Shown one piece after another: positions 49,202-58,713 of a stretch of 64,000 nucleotides of DNA. The stretch lies in the IMG/VR virus record IMGVR_UViG_3300047159_000049. One strand, 5' to 3'. Source of the stretch: a virus. Taxonomy: Duplodnaviria > Heunggongvirae > Uroviricota > Caudoviricetes. How positions within the stretch are numbered: the first letter of the stretch is position 1; each line of letters starts with the position of its first letter. Position numbers and translations under genes: made by a program. The notes below the pieces were generated by a model that was given only the letters and a program-made list of their open reading frames with translations, was not told the origin of the DNA and made no database searches.

Positions 49202-52200
49202 TCAGTAGTCCCAGATGGCTTTTATCATCCGCCCTAGCTCAACGAGTACTTTGTTCGAGTAGAGGTATGAGAAGAAGTCAGATGTCATGCGTCCTAATAT
49301 TCCTGTAGGAGTGCATACTGCATTGCATGGAAGCTCGCTATGATATTCCGACGTAGGAGATTCTCCTGCGGCAAACACCTTAGACACGACTCCCTTGAGA
49401 GCGCTCGTGTAAGTGATCTTGTCTCCAGGGCCGATCGGGTCGAGTATCTCAACGTAGTATTCGATGAGAACGCCTTGATACTGGCTTCCGTTGACCTTGG
49501 ACTTTCCTGAGCTGTCGGTTCCCATCTGGTTGGTCGTGTCTATATGCACGCTTCCGCCATGAGGGACGTTGTATTTGGTGAGGAACTCAGATCTGTCAAG
49601 CTGGATGCCTTTGTATTCCGATATGAGCTTTCTGAGGGTCGGGCTGAGCTCAGCCAAAGGCATATTGTAATACACCTTCACAGAAACGACGCTTCCGGAG
49701 TATCTAGAAAGGATCTTATCGCGTGATATCTCGTTCACGGCATTGGCGCCCAAGACATCTTTCATGTTGTTCATGTATTCGGCAGTCGATGGATCGAGAT
49801 AGCTCTTGGAGTATTCCAGAAGGGTATCCTCAGATTCAACCTTGTCTCCGGCATGAACCGTGCTGTAGATCGTCGCATTGGGGCCAAGCGCCACCGATGT
49901 CATCATCGTGAAGTAAGACGCGCATTCGTTTGACAGAGTCTCATCGACCATCGTCGAGTCCTCAAACGCGCCATCCGATGCGGCAAGCGCAACCTTGGCA
50001 AGCGTTCCAGGCATATAATCGATGTCCTTTCCCTTTCCGCTGAAATAAGACGGGTTGTAGGCAATGACGTCGCCTTTATTGAATCTCTCGCCTTGGCTGT
50101 ATTTGATGAGGAAGTGCTCTTTGATGAAGAATCCGCTGTTCGAGTTCTTAACGAGAACGTCGCCGAGATCGATCGCGTCGTTCGTCCCATCGTCATATGC
50201 CAGAATGGCGATGTGCTTATTGGTGTCGATTGTCTTGATTACTCCGTTCTTCTTGGCTTTGAAGCAGAAGTCATCGGATATCATGAACGCCATCGTCTTA
50301 TTTATTCCTGATCCGACAAGCTGCTTATGGGCTTTGACGACGGGCATCGTGTGCTTAGTCTGCGAAATCTGCATCGCTGAGCGAGGCGCATCCGACTGAG
50401 CCGACACGAACGATGCCAGCATCTCGGCAGGGCTTAGGATGTTCGTAGCCGACAGACTGCTCTTATCGACGTCTGGGATGTATCCGCGGATCGTCGAGAT
50501 CTTAGGATCATATGAAATCGATCGGCTCATTCCGGCCGTTCCGCCGAACTGAGTGTCGTTTCCTGACAGGAATCCGATCATGCTAGGATCATAAGCGCGC
50601 ATCTTCATGGTGTACGCCTTGTCCAGGTTGACGCCGTTGAATCCCTTTGCCGTGCAGTTTGAAAGGCTTTCAAGCTCAAGCACCGGGTTCAATACGCTTG
50701 CCGGATTGACGTTTACCTGGTTGGTCAGGGCCTTGATGAGGGCGTTCTTAGGAAGATCAAGCCCTCCTCTGTGCCCATTAAGGCGGCCGTTCTGATAGTT
50801 CTTGTATGCGTCGGCAAGGACTTTGTACAGAACAGCGTATATCTCTTCGTTTCCTCTGATGCGGTAGTTTCTTGCGTCGTTTAGCGATCGGCAGGTATTG
50901 GTCGTCAGAAGCGTGTTGGCGAATAAGAGCATCCCGACGATATCCGTAGGCTGCTTAAGATCTTTCTGAACGTCGTAGGTAATAGGATCGACCATCGCCG
51001 ACAGATGAAGCTTGATGGTGTTTCTGGCATACGAGTTGTATCCAAGGACATTGACGAAGAAATTGACATACGGATCCTCAGTGTCAAAGTCTCTGAAGTC
51101 GTATTGGTCGGTCTCCATCAAGCGAAGGACGTTAAGAAGCATCGTGTTCTTGAGATTGTCCAGGAAATAAAAATATTTATCCCTGAAACGGATCTCGACG
51201 TAATTGGAAAGAAGCGTTCTGTCGCGCTTGTCTGAAAGCGTGTATTTGACTCCGTATCTTCTCAAAACGCTGGTGATTCCTTCCATGAATCCGCACAGAG
51301 AGAAGATCGGATAGAACTGCTCGATCATCTTGGCTCTCGAATAGACGAAGCTCTTTCCGATAGACGGGATATCCGCATTCTGCAGCCCCAATGCAGCCAG
51401 AACGAATGCCTGGATGCAATCGGCAGCTTTGTTGTCAGACGCGATAGATCCTCCGTCTTTAGTCGGAATGGCCAGATAGACAGCTCCGTCAGGCTTGATG
51501 TGAATGACGTTGGATGAGTTCTTCTCGATCGCTATAGGGGTGTCCATCGAATCGTCTTTGAAGAATCCGTCTGGGAAGTCCATCGCGGATATCTTGCTCA
51601 TGATGCGCTGACGATCGAGGTCGATATCGTATCTCGGGGCGTCTATCGAAGAGATGCTAGACGCTAGCTCTTCATATTCGAAATCGCTGACGTATCTGTC
51701 GTTATGGACAGAATTGTCTCCCCAAAGGACAGTCCATCCCTTGGCAGAAGGCTCGGCGGTTTTGATCATCTTCAGAAGACGGACGTTTCTGCGCGAAACC
51801 TTCTCATTGGTGCGTTCAACCGTGATCTTGCTGTATGATGTCGAGATCTCGACGACGTTTGGCTTGGTCTTGACGATAGGAAGACGGAGAAGCTGCTTCT
51901 CGATGAACATCTTGTTTCCGTTGATGAAGATGAATCTGCCATCGATCACCTCAGGGATGTCGAGCGTGAATCCAAGCGACGATCCGTCGTCAGCTTTGTA
52001 ATGAGCCGTAAGGGTCATCTTCTTATTGAAGTCATCGCTCGAGTCAACGATGTTGATTCTGTCCATCGCGATCGGAAGGAACTGCGAGTTTGAGAAATGG
52101 GTGAGGATGCTCATCAGGTCTTTCTTGGCCTGCTTGGTGTTATAGTCTTCGTCAAGCGCCATCAATGAGCTATGCCTAACGCGGCTGTCGAAGTTGGCGA

Positions 52201-53539
52201 CATCGACGTCTATTTCCTTGTCATCGAGGAGAGACTCGGCATCGACGGCTATAGGAGAAGCCTTGCTTTCATCATCGTCTTTAGCGGCATATTTCGCAGC
52301 CGCCGCGGATTTCAGAGCCGACAGAACCGATGGCTTTACAGCGGTTCCGGCAGTTTGCTTCGATTTGTCTTCCGGCTCTTCTTTATCGGATGCAGACGAT
52401 TTTTCGAAATCATCTATGACTTTGGCCTCTTTCTCAAGGCCCTTGGCAAGCTGATTGAGCTTTTGGCTGTTGCTCTTCTTGGTCTCGACGTACTTAATGG
52501 CAGCCGCTTTCACATCGGGATCCGCTTCGATCGTTGTCTTTAGATCGTCATAGGACTTTCCGGCATTCTCTTTCTTGGAAAGATATCCGTCGATCTTCTT
52601 ATCGACGACAGCCGCGATGTCTCCTTCGTCTTTGGTGGCGGCGTCAAATGTCTCAGGAGCTCTGATCTTAAGTGACTTAGAGACTGACGTGAATACGAAA
52701 TTTTTTATTTTTTCCTTCGCTTCGTCGCTCTTGTCGGAGTCATCAGCCTCATCAGATCCATCGGAATCGACGTCATCTCCTTCTAGGGCCTCTCCCTTAT
52801 TCGCGTTATTGAGACGCGATATCTTAAGGAGATAGTCGTTGATCGATTTCTCAAGAGTCGGATCTGACGGATCCATGACCACGACAGCCTCGTTGTTAGG
52901 ATTATAGAAGATGATCCTGTCGAACATCTTATAGACGGACATATCGGCAAGGCCTTTTCTGAGCGTAAGAAGGAATAATGACATAGGGGTCACGTCTTCA
53001 ACGCTTGTGTCAAACAATCCCATTTTGGCGACTGATCCGAGTTTGTCAGAATAGTCGCAAATAGGGAAAATCAAATAATTCTTCTGATATCCTACTGAGG
53101 AAACAGCTTCAGGAAGGAACTCTTCCAGGAAGTCCTTCATCGCGATATACCTTGCAAATCCCTGCTTGTTTTCACGAAGAGCAAGGGTTTCTTTGAAATC
53201 AGGAATCATATCGTACACCAGATTTTTCTCGGCATACGATGTGACAAATGGCTTTCCAATTTTTAATCTACCGGAGCTTTTGTCTCTGAGCGAGGCATAA
53301 ACGGCAGCTTGATCCTCGCGAACGATCTTTCTGTTTAAAGGGCGGACCACACGAGGCGTGTACATGCAGTAAAGCTGCTGAGGCCTAAACAGCATATGAG
53401 TCATCACCGAAGCTATGTCGTCATAAGAATCCGTGGCCAGAACCACAAGATTTCCGTACATCTTTCTCTCTGTGTCGAAATTGATCGTGCGCCCTAGAAG
53501 GATACGATCCAACTTCATCTTACTCGGTGATACGAACAT
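49202..53539 (-). CDS. giant divergent RNA polymerase beta-subunit-like protein (1445 aa)
   Basis: RAYDPSMIGFLSGNDTQFGGTAGMSRSIS resembles the beta R(D)VHP..YGR.CP.ETPEG.N.GL.NSLS region. GDKITYTSALKGVVSKVF resembles GDK...RHGNKGVVS. Confidence 0.45.
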   Translation of the reverse strand: MFVSPSKMKLDRILLGRTINFDTERKMYGNLVVLATDSYDDIASVMTHMLFRPQQLYCMYTPRVVRPLNRKIVREDQAAVYASLRDKSSGRLKIGKPFVTSYAEKNLVYDMIPDFKETLALRENKQGFARYIAMKDFLEEFLPEAVSSVGYQKNYLIFPICDYSDKLGSVAKMGLFDTSVEDVTPMSLFLLTLRKGLADMSVYKMFDRIIFYNPNNEAVVVMDPSDPTLEKSINDYLLKISRLNNANKGEALEGDDVDSDGSDEADDSDKSDEAKEKIKNFVFTSVSKSLKIRAPETFDAATKDEGDIAAVVDKKIDGYLSKKENAGKSYDDLKTTIEADPDVKAAAIKYVETKKSNSQKLNQLAKGLEKEAKVIDDFEKSSASDKEEPEDKSKQTAGTAVKPSVLSALKSAAAAKYAAKDDDESKASPIAVDAESLLDDKEIDVDVANFDSRVRHSSLMALDEDYNTKQAKKDLMSILTHFSNSQFLPIAMDRINIVDSSDDFNKKMTLTAHYKADDGSSLGFTLDIPEVIDGRFIFINGNKMFIEKQLLRLPIVKTKPNVVEISTSYSKITVERTNEKVSRRNVRLLKMIKTAEPSAKGWTVLWGDNSVHNDRYVSDFEYEELASSISSIDAPRYDIDLDRQRIMSKISAMDFPDGFFKDDSMDTPIAIEKNSSNVIHIKPDGAVYLAIPTKDGGSIASDNKAADCIQAFVLAALGLQNADIPSIGKSFVYSRAKMIEQFYPIFSLCGFMEGITSVLRRYGVKYTLSDKRDRTLLSNYVEIRFRDKYFYFLDNLKNTMLLNVLRLMETDQYDFRDFDTEDPYVNFFVNVLGYNSYARNTIKLHLSAMVDPITYDVQKDLKQPTDIVGMLLFANTLLTTNTCRSLNDARNYRIRGNEEIYAVLYKVLADAYKNYQNGRLNGHRGGLDLPKNALIKALTNQVNVNPASVLNPVLELESLSNCTAKGFNGVNLDKAYTMKMRAYDPSMIGFLSGNDTQFGGTAGMSRSISYDPKISTIRGYIPDVDKSSLSATNILSPAEMLASFVSAQSDAPRSAMQISQTKHTMPVVKAHKQLVGSGINKTMAFMISDDFCFKAKKNGVIKTIDTNKHIAILAYDDGTNDAIDLGDVLVKNSNSGFFIKEHFLIKYSQGERFNKGDVIAYNPSYFSGKGKDIDYMPGTLAKVALAASDGAFEDSTMVDETLSNECASYFTMMTSVALGPNATIYSTVHAGDKVESEDTLLEYSKSYLDPSTAEYMNNMKDVLGANAVNEISRDKILSRYSGSVVSVKVYYNMPLAELSPTLRKLISEYKGIQLDRSEFLTKYNVPHGGSVHIDTTNQMGTDSSGKSKVNGSQYQGVLIEYYVEILDPIGPGDKITYTSALKGVVSKVFAAGESPTSEYHSELPCNAVCTPTGILGRMTSDFFSYLYSNKVLVELGRMIKAIWDY
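51163..51183 (+). repeat. AT-motif copy GGAAATAAAAATATTTATCCC
   Basis: Intragenic in the - strand RNAP-like gene. Confidence 0.6.
52697..52715 (-). repeat. AT-motif copy
   Basis: Intragenic in the - strand RNAP-like gene, encodes KEKIKNF. Confidence 0.55.
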
Positions 53540-53598
53540 TATCTTGATGCCTCAAATTAGTCTGCAATAATCTATTGTTCGAGGCCCCTTTGCCAGCA

Positions 53599-53622
53599 GG
53601 GGAAAATAAAAAAAAGATCCCC
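53599..53622 (+). repeat. AT-motif copy GGGGAAAATAAAAAAAAGATCCCC
   Basis: About 60 nt upstream (T-run orientation in - sense) of the RNAP-like gene start. Confidence 0.65.
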
Positions 53623-54025
53623 ATGCCGCACGAATGCAGCTCACGACCGGGGATTCAGCATAGGATACAGCTTCTGGCTCGTTGTTATGCAGTTGTCGTA
53701 AGCAAAGCGGTTTGATACGGACTGATTCAGAGTTCGGCCATACCCGTTAGATCTCTGATCTCATTGTGCGCATGATCAGGCATGCTACAAATCCTATGCT
53801 AATTTGACAACTTAGCGCAGCCACTGGCGTGAATCACGCAGTTGGACTATTTGTGCAGCATGCAAGCTACCTTCGTGTATAGCGCATGTTTTAACGGCCG
53901 CCGTATGCCAGAAGTCTTAGGTTCACGGCCGGCAAGTCAGCCCGCTAGAAATCAAACCCTAGCCAAGCAATCCCTGCAATAAGACTTTACCATACGGCTT
54001 CCGTCTAGTCAAATGCAAGATAGCG

Positions 54026-54051
54026 GATATATGATCTTGTTGAAAGAAAGG
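54026..54051 (+). promoter_or_regulatory. GATATATGAT-family element copy 5
   Basis: GATATATGATCTTGTTGAAAGAAAGGG, about 50 nt before the start at 54102. Confidence 0.45.
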
Positions 54052-54101
54052 GCACTGATCTAATCCGTGCTTTGCCTTTTTTCAGAAAGGAGTAAATAAA
54101 A

Positions 54102-54404
54102 GTGTCAGATTACGACAAAGACAAGAAGATCCATGAGCTGGAAGCCACAATCGACAGCCAGCATCTAATGCTTGAGCAATACGCAAAGTTTTACATTCTG
54201 TCAAAAGCGGACCGGGAAGAATACTCCAAGAGCATCCTCAGCGTTCTTAAGATATGCTCGGATATGCTTTCAGTTGCGCTCGATGAGAATACGCCAAGCA
54301 AATACAAAGACATTATGATCAAAGACTGTCAGCAGTCGCTGCAGAAACTGTCAGACAGCATCGGAAAAACTCTGCCGTCTAAAGGCGAGTCTGAAAAGAA
54401 GTGA
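54102..54404 (+). CDS. hypothetical protein
   Basis: GTG start after a GAAAGGAG RBS. Confidence 0.4.
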   Translation: MSDYDKDKKIHELEATIDSQHLMLEQYAKFYILSKADREEYSKSILSVLKICSDMLSVALDENTPSKYKDIMIKDCQQSLQKLSDSIGKTLPSKGESEKK

Positions 54405-54411
54405 TGCCATA

Positions 54412-54762
54412 ATGCGAATGAGACATCACCACGATAATACTCTGCACGCGATCAAGCGAACGGATGAGAGGATGGGCGTTAGAGATAACGAACAGGCCAA
54501 TCGTCTGATCGCCGAGGCGCGAAATAACGGAAAGCTCTGGTACGAGCTTCCGCCGGGCCCGACTGCTGACTTTGTCAAAAGAAAGTCAGATAAGCAAGGC
54601 AAGATAGTCAAGTACTACAAGGGATGGATCTACGTCTTCTTCAAGACGAGCAAGAGATGCATCACCATGTATGATTCTGCCGTCAAATTGCCTGAAGACT
54701 CAAACAATAAGCCTTCAAGCTCTGACGGATATTCAGATCCTGCTCTTAAGAGCGTCAGCTGA
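54412..54762 (+). CDS. hypothetical protein
   Basis: ATG start, basic protein. Confidence 0.4.
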   Translation: MRMRHHHDNTLHAIKRTDERMGVRDNEQANRLIAEARNNGKLWYELPPGPTADFVKRKSDKQGKIVKYYKGWIYVFFKTSKRCITMYDSAVKLPEDSNNKPSSSDGYSDPALKSVS

Positions 54763-55975
54763 CATTATCCAACGATGCGGATCACCGAAAGCATCTTTCG
54801 GCTACTGTTTAGACTGCTGTTTTTATGGACTTGCGATAGGCTCGCATTCTCTGAATCCCGCTTGCGGATATCTTGCTTAGGTCGTCTTCGACTGGCGTAA
54901 GATATCCAGCAAGCTGTAGATTCAGATCGTTTGCGAGCGTCGCACCGCGCTGACTGGCTTACATGGCACCGGTGATCTTCATCTCAGAAGTGCAGGCACT
55001 TCTGAAGATGAGTTCATCCGGTGCATCCGCCAAGCAGATCTGCTAGAGCTCGTGCGCAGCGGGGATCCAGGCATGGATGCCTGGATCACCGCTGCCATGT
55101 AGCTCTTGCATCTCTGCTTCACCACAGCGCTAAGTCCATAGGCTCTTTGAACTGAGATCCTGATCATGAGCTTCAGACCGTTAAGTCACATGCTGTGGCT
55201 AAACGGTTGAATTCATGATCAGGATTCATTTCTAATTATTAAAGGCGCATCGTCTAGAAATAATAAGGCATAGTTTTGCGCAGGATTCCTGCGATTGCGC
55301 GATATGATTCTCAAACATGACGCTTTCCCAAATCCAGAAGCTTTCGGCTTGAACCGGCGTTTTGCGCACGGAGCGAACGCCGATTCAAACACAACAGCCT
55401 CTGGACTGGGACGCATCTGTCTTTCAATTATCGTATGCCTTTTGCACAAGCATGGAAAATACCGGGGCATCCTCGGTTGTACTATAAGCTATCGCTTAAA
55501 GCCTTACGCTATCTGATGACGACCATGCGATCCGGATCTTTGACGTCGGGCACAGACGCCTCGTTAAATATCCTGATCCCCAGGCGTCAACAGATAAGCT
55601 TCAGACCAAATAGCGATATCCCGTCCGGCCCGCGAAGAACTCCCCGCTCTACAGACATAGCCAAGCAACTATTTCTGTTTCGTGGAGGAGTTCACACGCG
55701 GGCCCGATCGGGATACGCTGTCATGTGAAAGCATGCTTGAGATACACAATTAAGTCTGTGTCGTAGTAAATCGCTGAGGCTCTCAGCAGTTCAAATGCCT
55801 GAAGCGCATGTTCGCTTCTTCCCTCAGGCGCCTCGCCTGGGACTTGCTTTTGGAACTCTCTCAACACGGAATATTCAAGATTTCCAAACTTGAGAACGGC
55901 GTGCAAGTCCCCGCAGGCGCCTCAGGTCAGAGTTTCGATATCGTATCTCGTACGGCACTAAAAAAGCCAGACAGT
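54763..55975 (+). other. 1.2-kb ORF-poor, hairpin-rich region closed by an intrinsic terminator (candidate structured ncRNA locus)
   Basis: No ORF over 100 codons. A 15-bp perfect palindrome at 54981-55013. A palindrome at 55066-55086. A 13-bp inverted repeat pair at 55155-55226. Confidence 0.4.
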
Positions 55976-56004
55976 TAGTCTGGCTTTATTTTTTTTGTTT
56001 CCCG
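55966..56004 (+). terminator. intrinsic terminator closing the ORF-poor 54.8-55.97 kb region
   Basis: AGCCAGAC-AGTTAG-TCTGGCT plus T-run. Confidence 0.55.
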
Positions 56005-56400
56005 CGAAGCCATCAGGCATTGAATGCCGTAAACTTGCGATTTAAGGCTACTAATATCAGAAGTCATGTCCTTCAATGAAGAAAGCCCATATGCGTTGAC
56101 GCGATTTGAATACTCAGTCTGAACTATGGCTTTTGTAGGATGCCCGTCGACGTAATTAACCTGGTTGGGATATATGTCTCTGAATGACCCATCCTCAAAG
56201 AAATCCTTGTCTTGGACGTATCCGCCATCGGTGATCTTTATGAAATCATTCTGCACCCTATTGCACAGCATCGAAAGATTGGCTTCTAGATTGTCCAGTC
56301 TGGCGTTTATCTCGTCGATGCTTTTTAAGATATAGACATCGATCTGAGTCACGACGATCGCGTATCTGGGATCTTCGTAATAATCATTTGGCATATTCAA
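55975..56400 (-). CDS. hypothetical protein
   Basis: ORF of 141 aa, ends at a bidirectional terminator. Confidence 0.45.
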   Translation of the reverse strand: MNMPNDYYEDPRYAIVVTQIDVYILKSIDEINARLDNLEANLSMLCNRVQNDFIKITDGGYVQDKDFFEDGSFRDIYPNQVNYVDGHPTKAIVQTEYSNRVNAYGLSSLKDMTSDISSLKSQVYGIQCLMASRETKKIKPD

Positions 56401-56410
56401 GTCCTTTCTT

Positions 56411-57040
56411 TCATACGCGCATATCCATCATTGCGCTCTCGATTGCTGATTTGACGTCTATCGTCTTGCCTTGGAGAACCGGAGCCAATTCTTTGAGCTG
56501 CTCAGTGATGATGTACGTCAGATCTTGAACGGGGTCTCCATTGGCTTTCTGATAGGCATCGACGTCGCCATATCGCATATACGTCCCGCACATATGAATC
56601 GCGTTTGACGGCGAATTATTGCTCTTTGACGTCCCAGACAGCACTCTGATCTTGGCATGATCTGATTTTTTCTTGACTTGCTTGAACACCAGGAGCGTTT
56701 CGACGGCATAATCATATTCTCCGTGGTGATGAACTTTCTTGGTGATGATGAACGTCGCTTCGACATCATCGATGTAGGATTTATTTATTATTATGTAATA
56801 CCAAGGCTTGCGAACTCGCCTCGGGGCATCCAGCTTTCTTGAGACCGGGATTATCTCCCCGTTTGCCACCAGATCATCGACGTCCTTGATATCGACGTTG
56901 TCCCCATCGATTGAGTCATATCCATATCTTGAATTGACGCAGATGCCGTCGCTCATGTCAAAAGGATCGAACGCAAACGTAGTCCGATCGTTAGGAGTTT
57001 TTGAGTAGAAGAGCCCTGCTATGATTGATTTGTATCTCAT
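56411..57040 (-). CDS. hypothetical protein
   Basis: ORF. The ATG at 57040 is chosen to avoid overlap with the upstream gene. Confidence 0.4.
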   Translation of the reverse strand: MRYKSIIAGLFYSKTPNDRTTFAFDPFDMSDGICVNSRYGYDSIDGDNVDIKDVDDLVANGEIIPVSRKLDAPRRVRKPWYYIIINKSYIDDVEATFIITKKVHHHGEYDYAVETLLVFKQVKKKSDHAKIRVLSGTSKSNNSPSNAIHMCGTYMRYGDVDAYQKANGDPVQDLTYIITEQLKELAPVLQGKTIDVKSAIESAMMDMRV

Positions 57041-57098
57041 CGCGATTATTGTACACCGTAAGCCAAGCAAAGAAAAGGCCAATCTTCTAAGATCGGCC

Positions 57099-57416
57099 TT
57101 ACTTAGCAACGGATGGCTTCTTGGCAGCCCTTGCGGCCATGATGGCTTTGAGCTTCGCCTTGATCGGATTGTCATCATCTGAGCTTTCGTTGAGAATGCC
57201 TTGATCGGCATATGGCTTTATTCCCACGTTGACGCAGCTCTCGGCGATGTAGTGCTCGGTGTCTCCGCCGAAGCGATATTGGAATTTGCCGTCGTAATAT
57301 CCGCACTCATATGAGATTCCCTCATTGATGAGATATTCTTCCGGGGTCCATCTTTCCTGGTCGAACCCGAGATCTTTTAGAACGGCGTATGCCTGGTTTT
57401 CATTTAGTACGATCAT
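57099..57416 (-). CDS. hypothetical protein
   Basis: ATG at 57416 downstream of a promoter, long leader and terminator arrangement. Confidence 0.45.
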   Translation of the reverse strand: MIVLNENQAYAVLKDLGFDQERWTPEEYLINEGISYECGYYDGKFQYRFGGDTEHYIAESCVNVGIKPYADQGILNESSDDDNPIKAKLKAIMAARAAKKPSVAK

Positions 57417-57438
57417 AATCAGTTGTTCCCGCCTTAGC

Positions 57439-57459
57439 GGGAAATAAAAAAAATAACCC
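57439..57459 (+). repeat. AT-motif copy GGGAAATAAAAAAAATAACCC
   Basis: Overlaps the - strand attenuator/terminator. Confidence 0.6.
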
Positions 57460-57470
57460 TTACGGGTTAT
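57439..57470 (-). terminator. intrinsic terminator or attenuator in the leader of the 57416 gene
   Basis: Hairpin ATAACCCGTAAGGGTTAT followed by a U8 run on the - strand. Confidence 0.5.
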
Positions 57471-57703
57471 TCTCTTAGCCAAGGTCTTTGCCATTTCTGG
57501 CTTCCGTGGGACTACCTTAGCGAGCCCTTACCTTTCCATCTGAGACGCGCGCGTTCCGTGATCTTGCGATCATTGGGAACGGAATCGAATCTCGCCGGAT
57601 AGACACCGCCCGTTTCTTTTCCGACGGCCGGAGATCGGAGCCCTTCAAACGTGCCGATCGAGCACTTGGGCAGCTTCTTAGGTTTCCCCGAGATGCAAGT
57701 ATG

Positions 57704-57731
57704 ATTATAATAGCTATTTTAGAAGTGTCAA
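57704..57731 (-). promoter_or_regulatory. consensus sigma70-like promoter TTGACA-N16-TATAAT on the - strand
   Basis: Perfect hexamers. It drives an approximately 240-nt leader that ends in an intrinsic terminator before the 57416 start. Confidence 0.55.
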
Positions 57732-57737
57732 GTGAAA

Positions 57738-58676
57738 TCAAACAATTTTGTTTAAAATCGCCGAAGACACTTTAGCTCGTAGCTCATCGGCATCGACAAC
57801 TCCCGCATCTATAAGCTCTTTTACGACATCTTCGACGTCCATGCCTATTTCAGCGGGGTCGTTATCGTCTCCGATAACGAAGTCCTTAGACTTGACTGGT
57901 ATCTTCACGTCATAGCTTCTTTGCTTGAACGCGATGCCTCCGACCGTATATCCGTTTGATTTAAGCCCATCGTCGATGTAAATGCTTCCGGTGGTCGTCG
58001 TGCTTCCTTTTATGACATACGCCAAACTTCCCAAGGCATTGATGTCATCGATAAGCTCATCTGACGAAATGCAATTGTCGCTGTATTTTCTAGGCTTCTT
58101 CGATAATCCGCTGTAGGACACGGAAGGAGTAGCCTCCGTGTCATCGTAATTAAGGCATAAGTCCGCGCCTATCGTCATATTGATGCGATAATCTTTGGCC
58201 AACGCGTCATATTCCCAGGTCTGCGTGATGCTTACCAGCAGCCCAAGATCTTTCTTTAAACGGTCGCTGACCAAGAGAGTCCATTTTCCATTGGGGGTGT
58301 CGTTCGACATTATGGCGCTTGCTTTTCCGTTGAGGAACTCGCTGATATCCGAAACGGATACTGACGAATCGTCGCAGGCGCAGAATCCAAGATATTGGTA
58401 ATCCTTTCCTAAGGTCTTTGACGCAGCGCTTTTCGGATCGGCTTTCCTTGACATGACAAGAACCCTGATCTTAGACGATGAACTAATCGGGCATCCTTTG
58501 CCAGAGTATGCGTATATAGCTTCGACCGTCTCATCCTCAGGATCGGCAGTCCCTTCATCGCTGTCGCACAGCTGAAGCCCTGTCAACGCCCCAGAAAAAG
58601 ACGATTTGATAGAATCTATTAGTTTCACTTCGTAATTGGTTGATGACAACATTGAGCTACCGACGGTAAGATTCAC
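57738..58676 (-). CDS. hypothetical protein
   Basis: ORF of 312 aa. Confidence 0.5.
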   Translation of the reverse strand: MNLTVGSSMLSSTNYEVKLIDSIKSSFSGALTGLQLCDSDEGTADPEDETVEAIYAYSGKGCPISSSSKIRVLVMSRKADPKSAASKTLGKDYQYLGFCACDDSSVSVSDISEFLNGKASAIMSNDTPNGKWTLLVSDRLKKDLGLLVSITQTWEYDALAKDYRINMTIGADLCLNYDDTEATPSVSYSGLSKKPRKYSDNCISSDELIDDINALGSLAYVIKGSTTTTGSIYIDDGLKSNGYTVGGIAFKQRSYDVKIPVKSKDFVIGDDNDPAEIGMDVEDVVKELIDAGVVDADELRAKVSSAILNKIV

Positions 58677-58713
58677 AATTCCTTTCTCCTCCGCATACGA
58701 ATTGTATCATACA

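Noticed and set aside
53880-53925. CCGCCGTATGCC...CACGGCCGG hairpin resembling group II intron domain V
   Set aside because: No AGC triad or bulge geometry, no reverse transcriptase or maturase ORF, and no other intron domains recognisable.
54763-55975. tRNA, tmRNA or RNase P RNA in the ORF-free regions
   Set aside because: No cloverleaf with a T-loop GTTCRANYC. No tmRNA tag-ORF or 3' CCA-acceptor. No RNase P P4 consensus by eye. A proper covariance-model scan is needed.
57517-57741. 74-aa - strand ORF inside the promoter and leader region
   Set aside because: Its start lies upstream of the -35 element. The composition is poor and there is no RBS. The region is more likely a noncoding leader.
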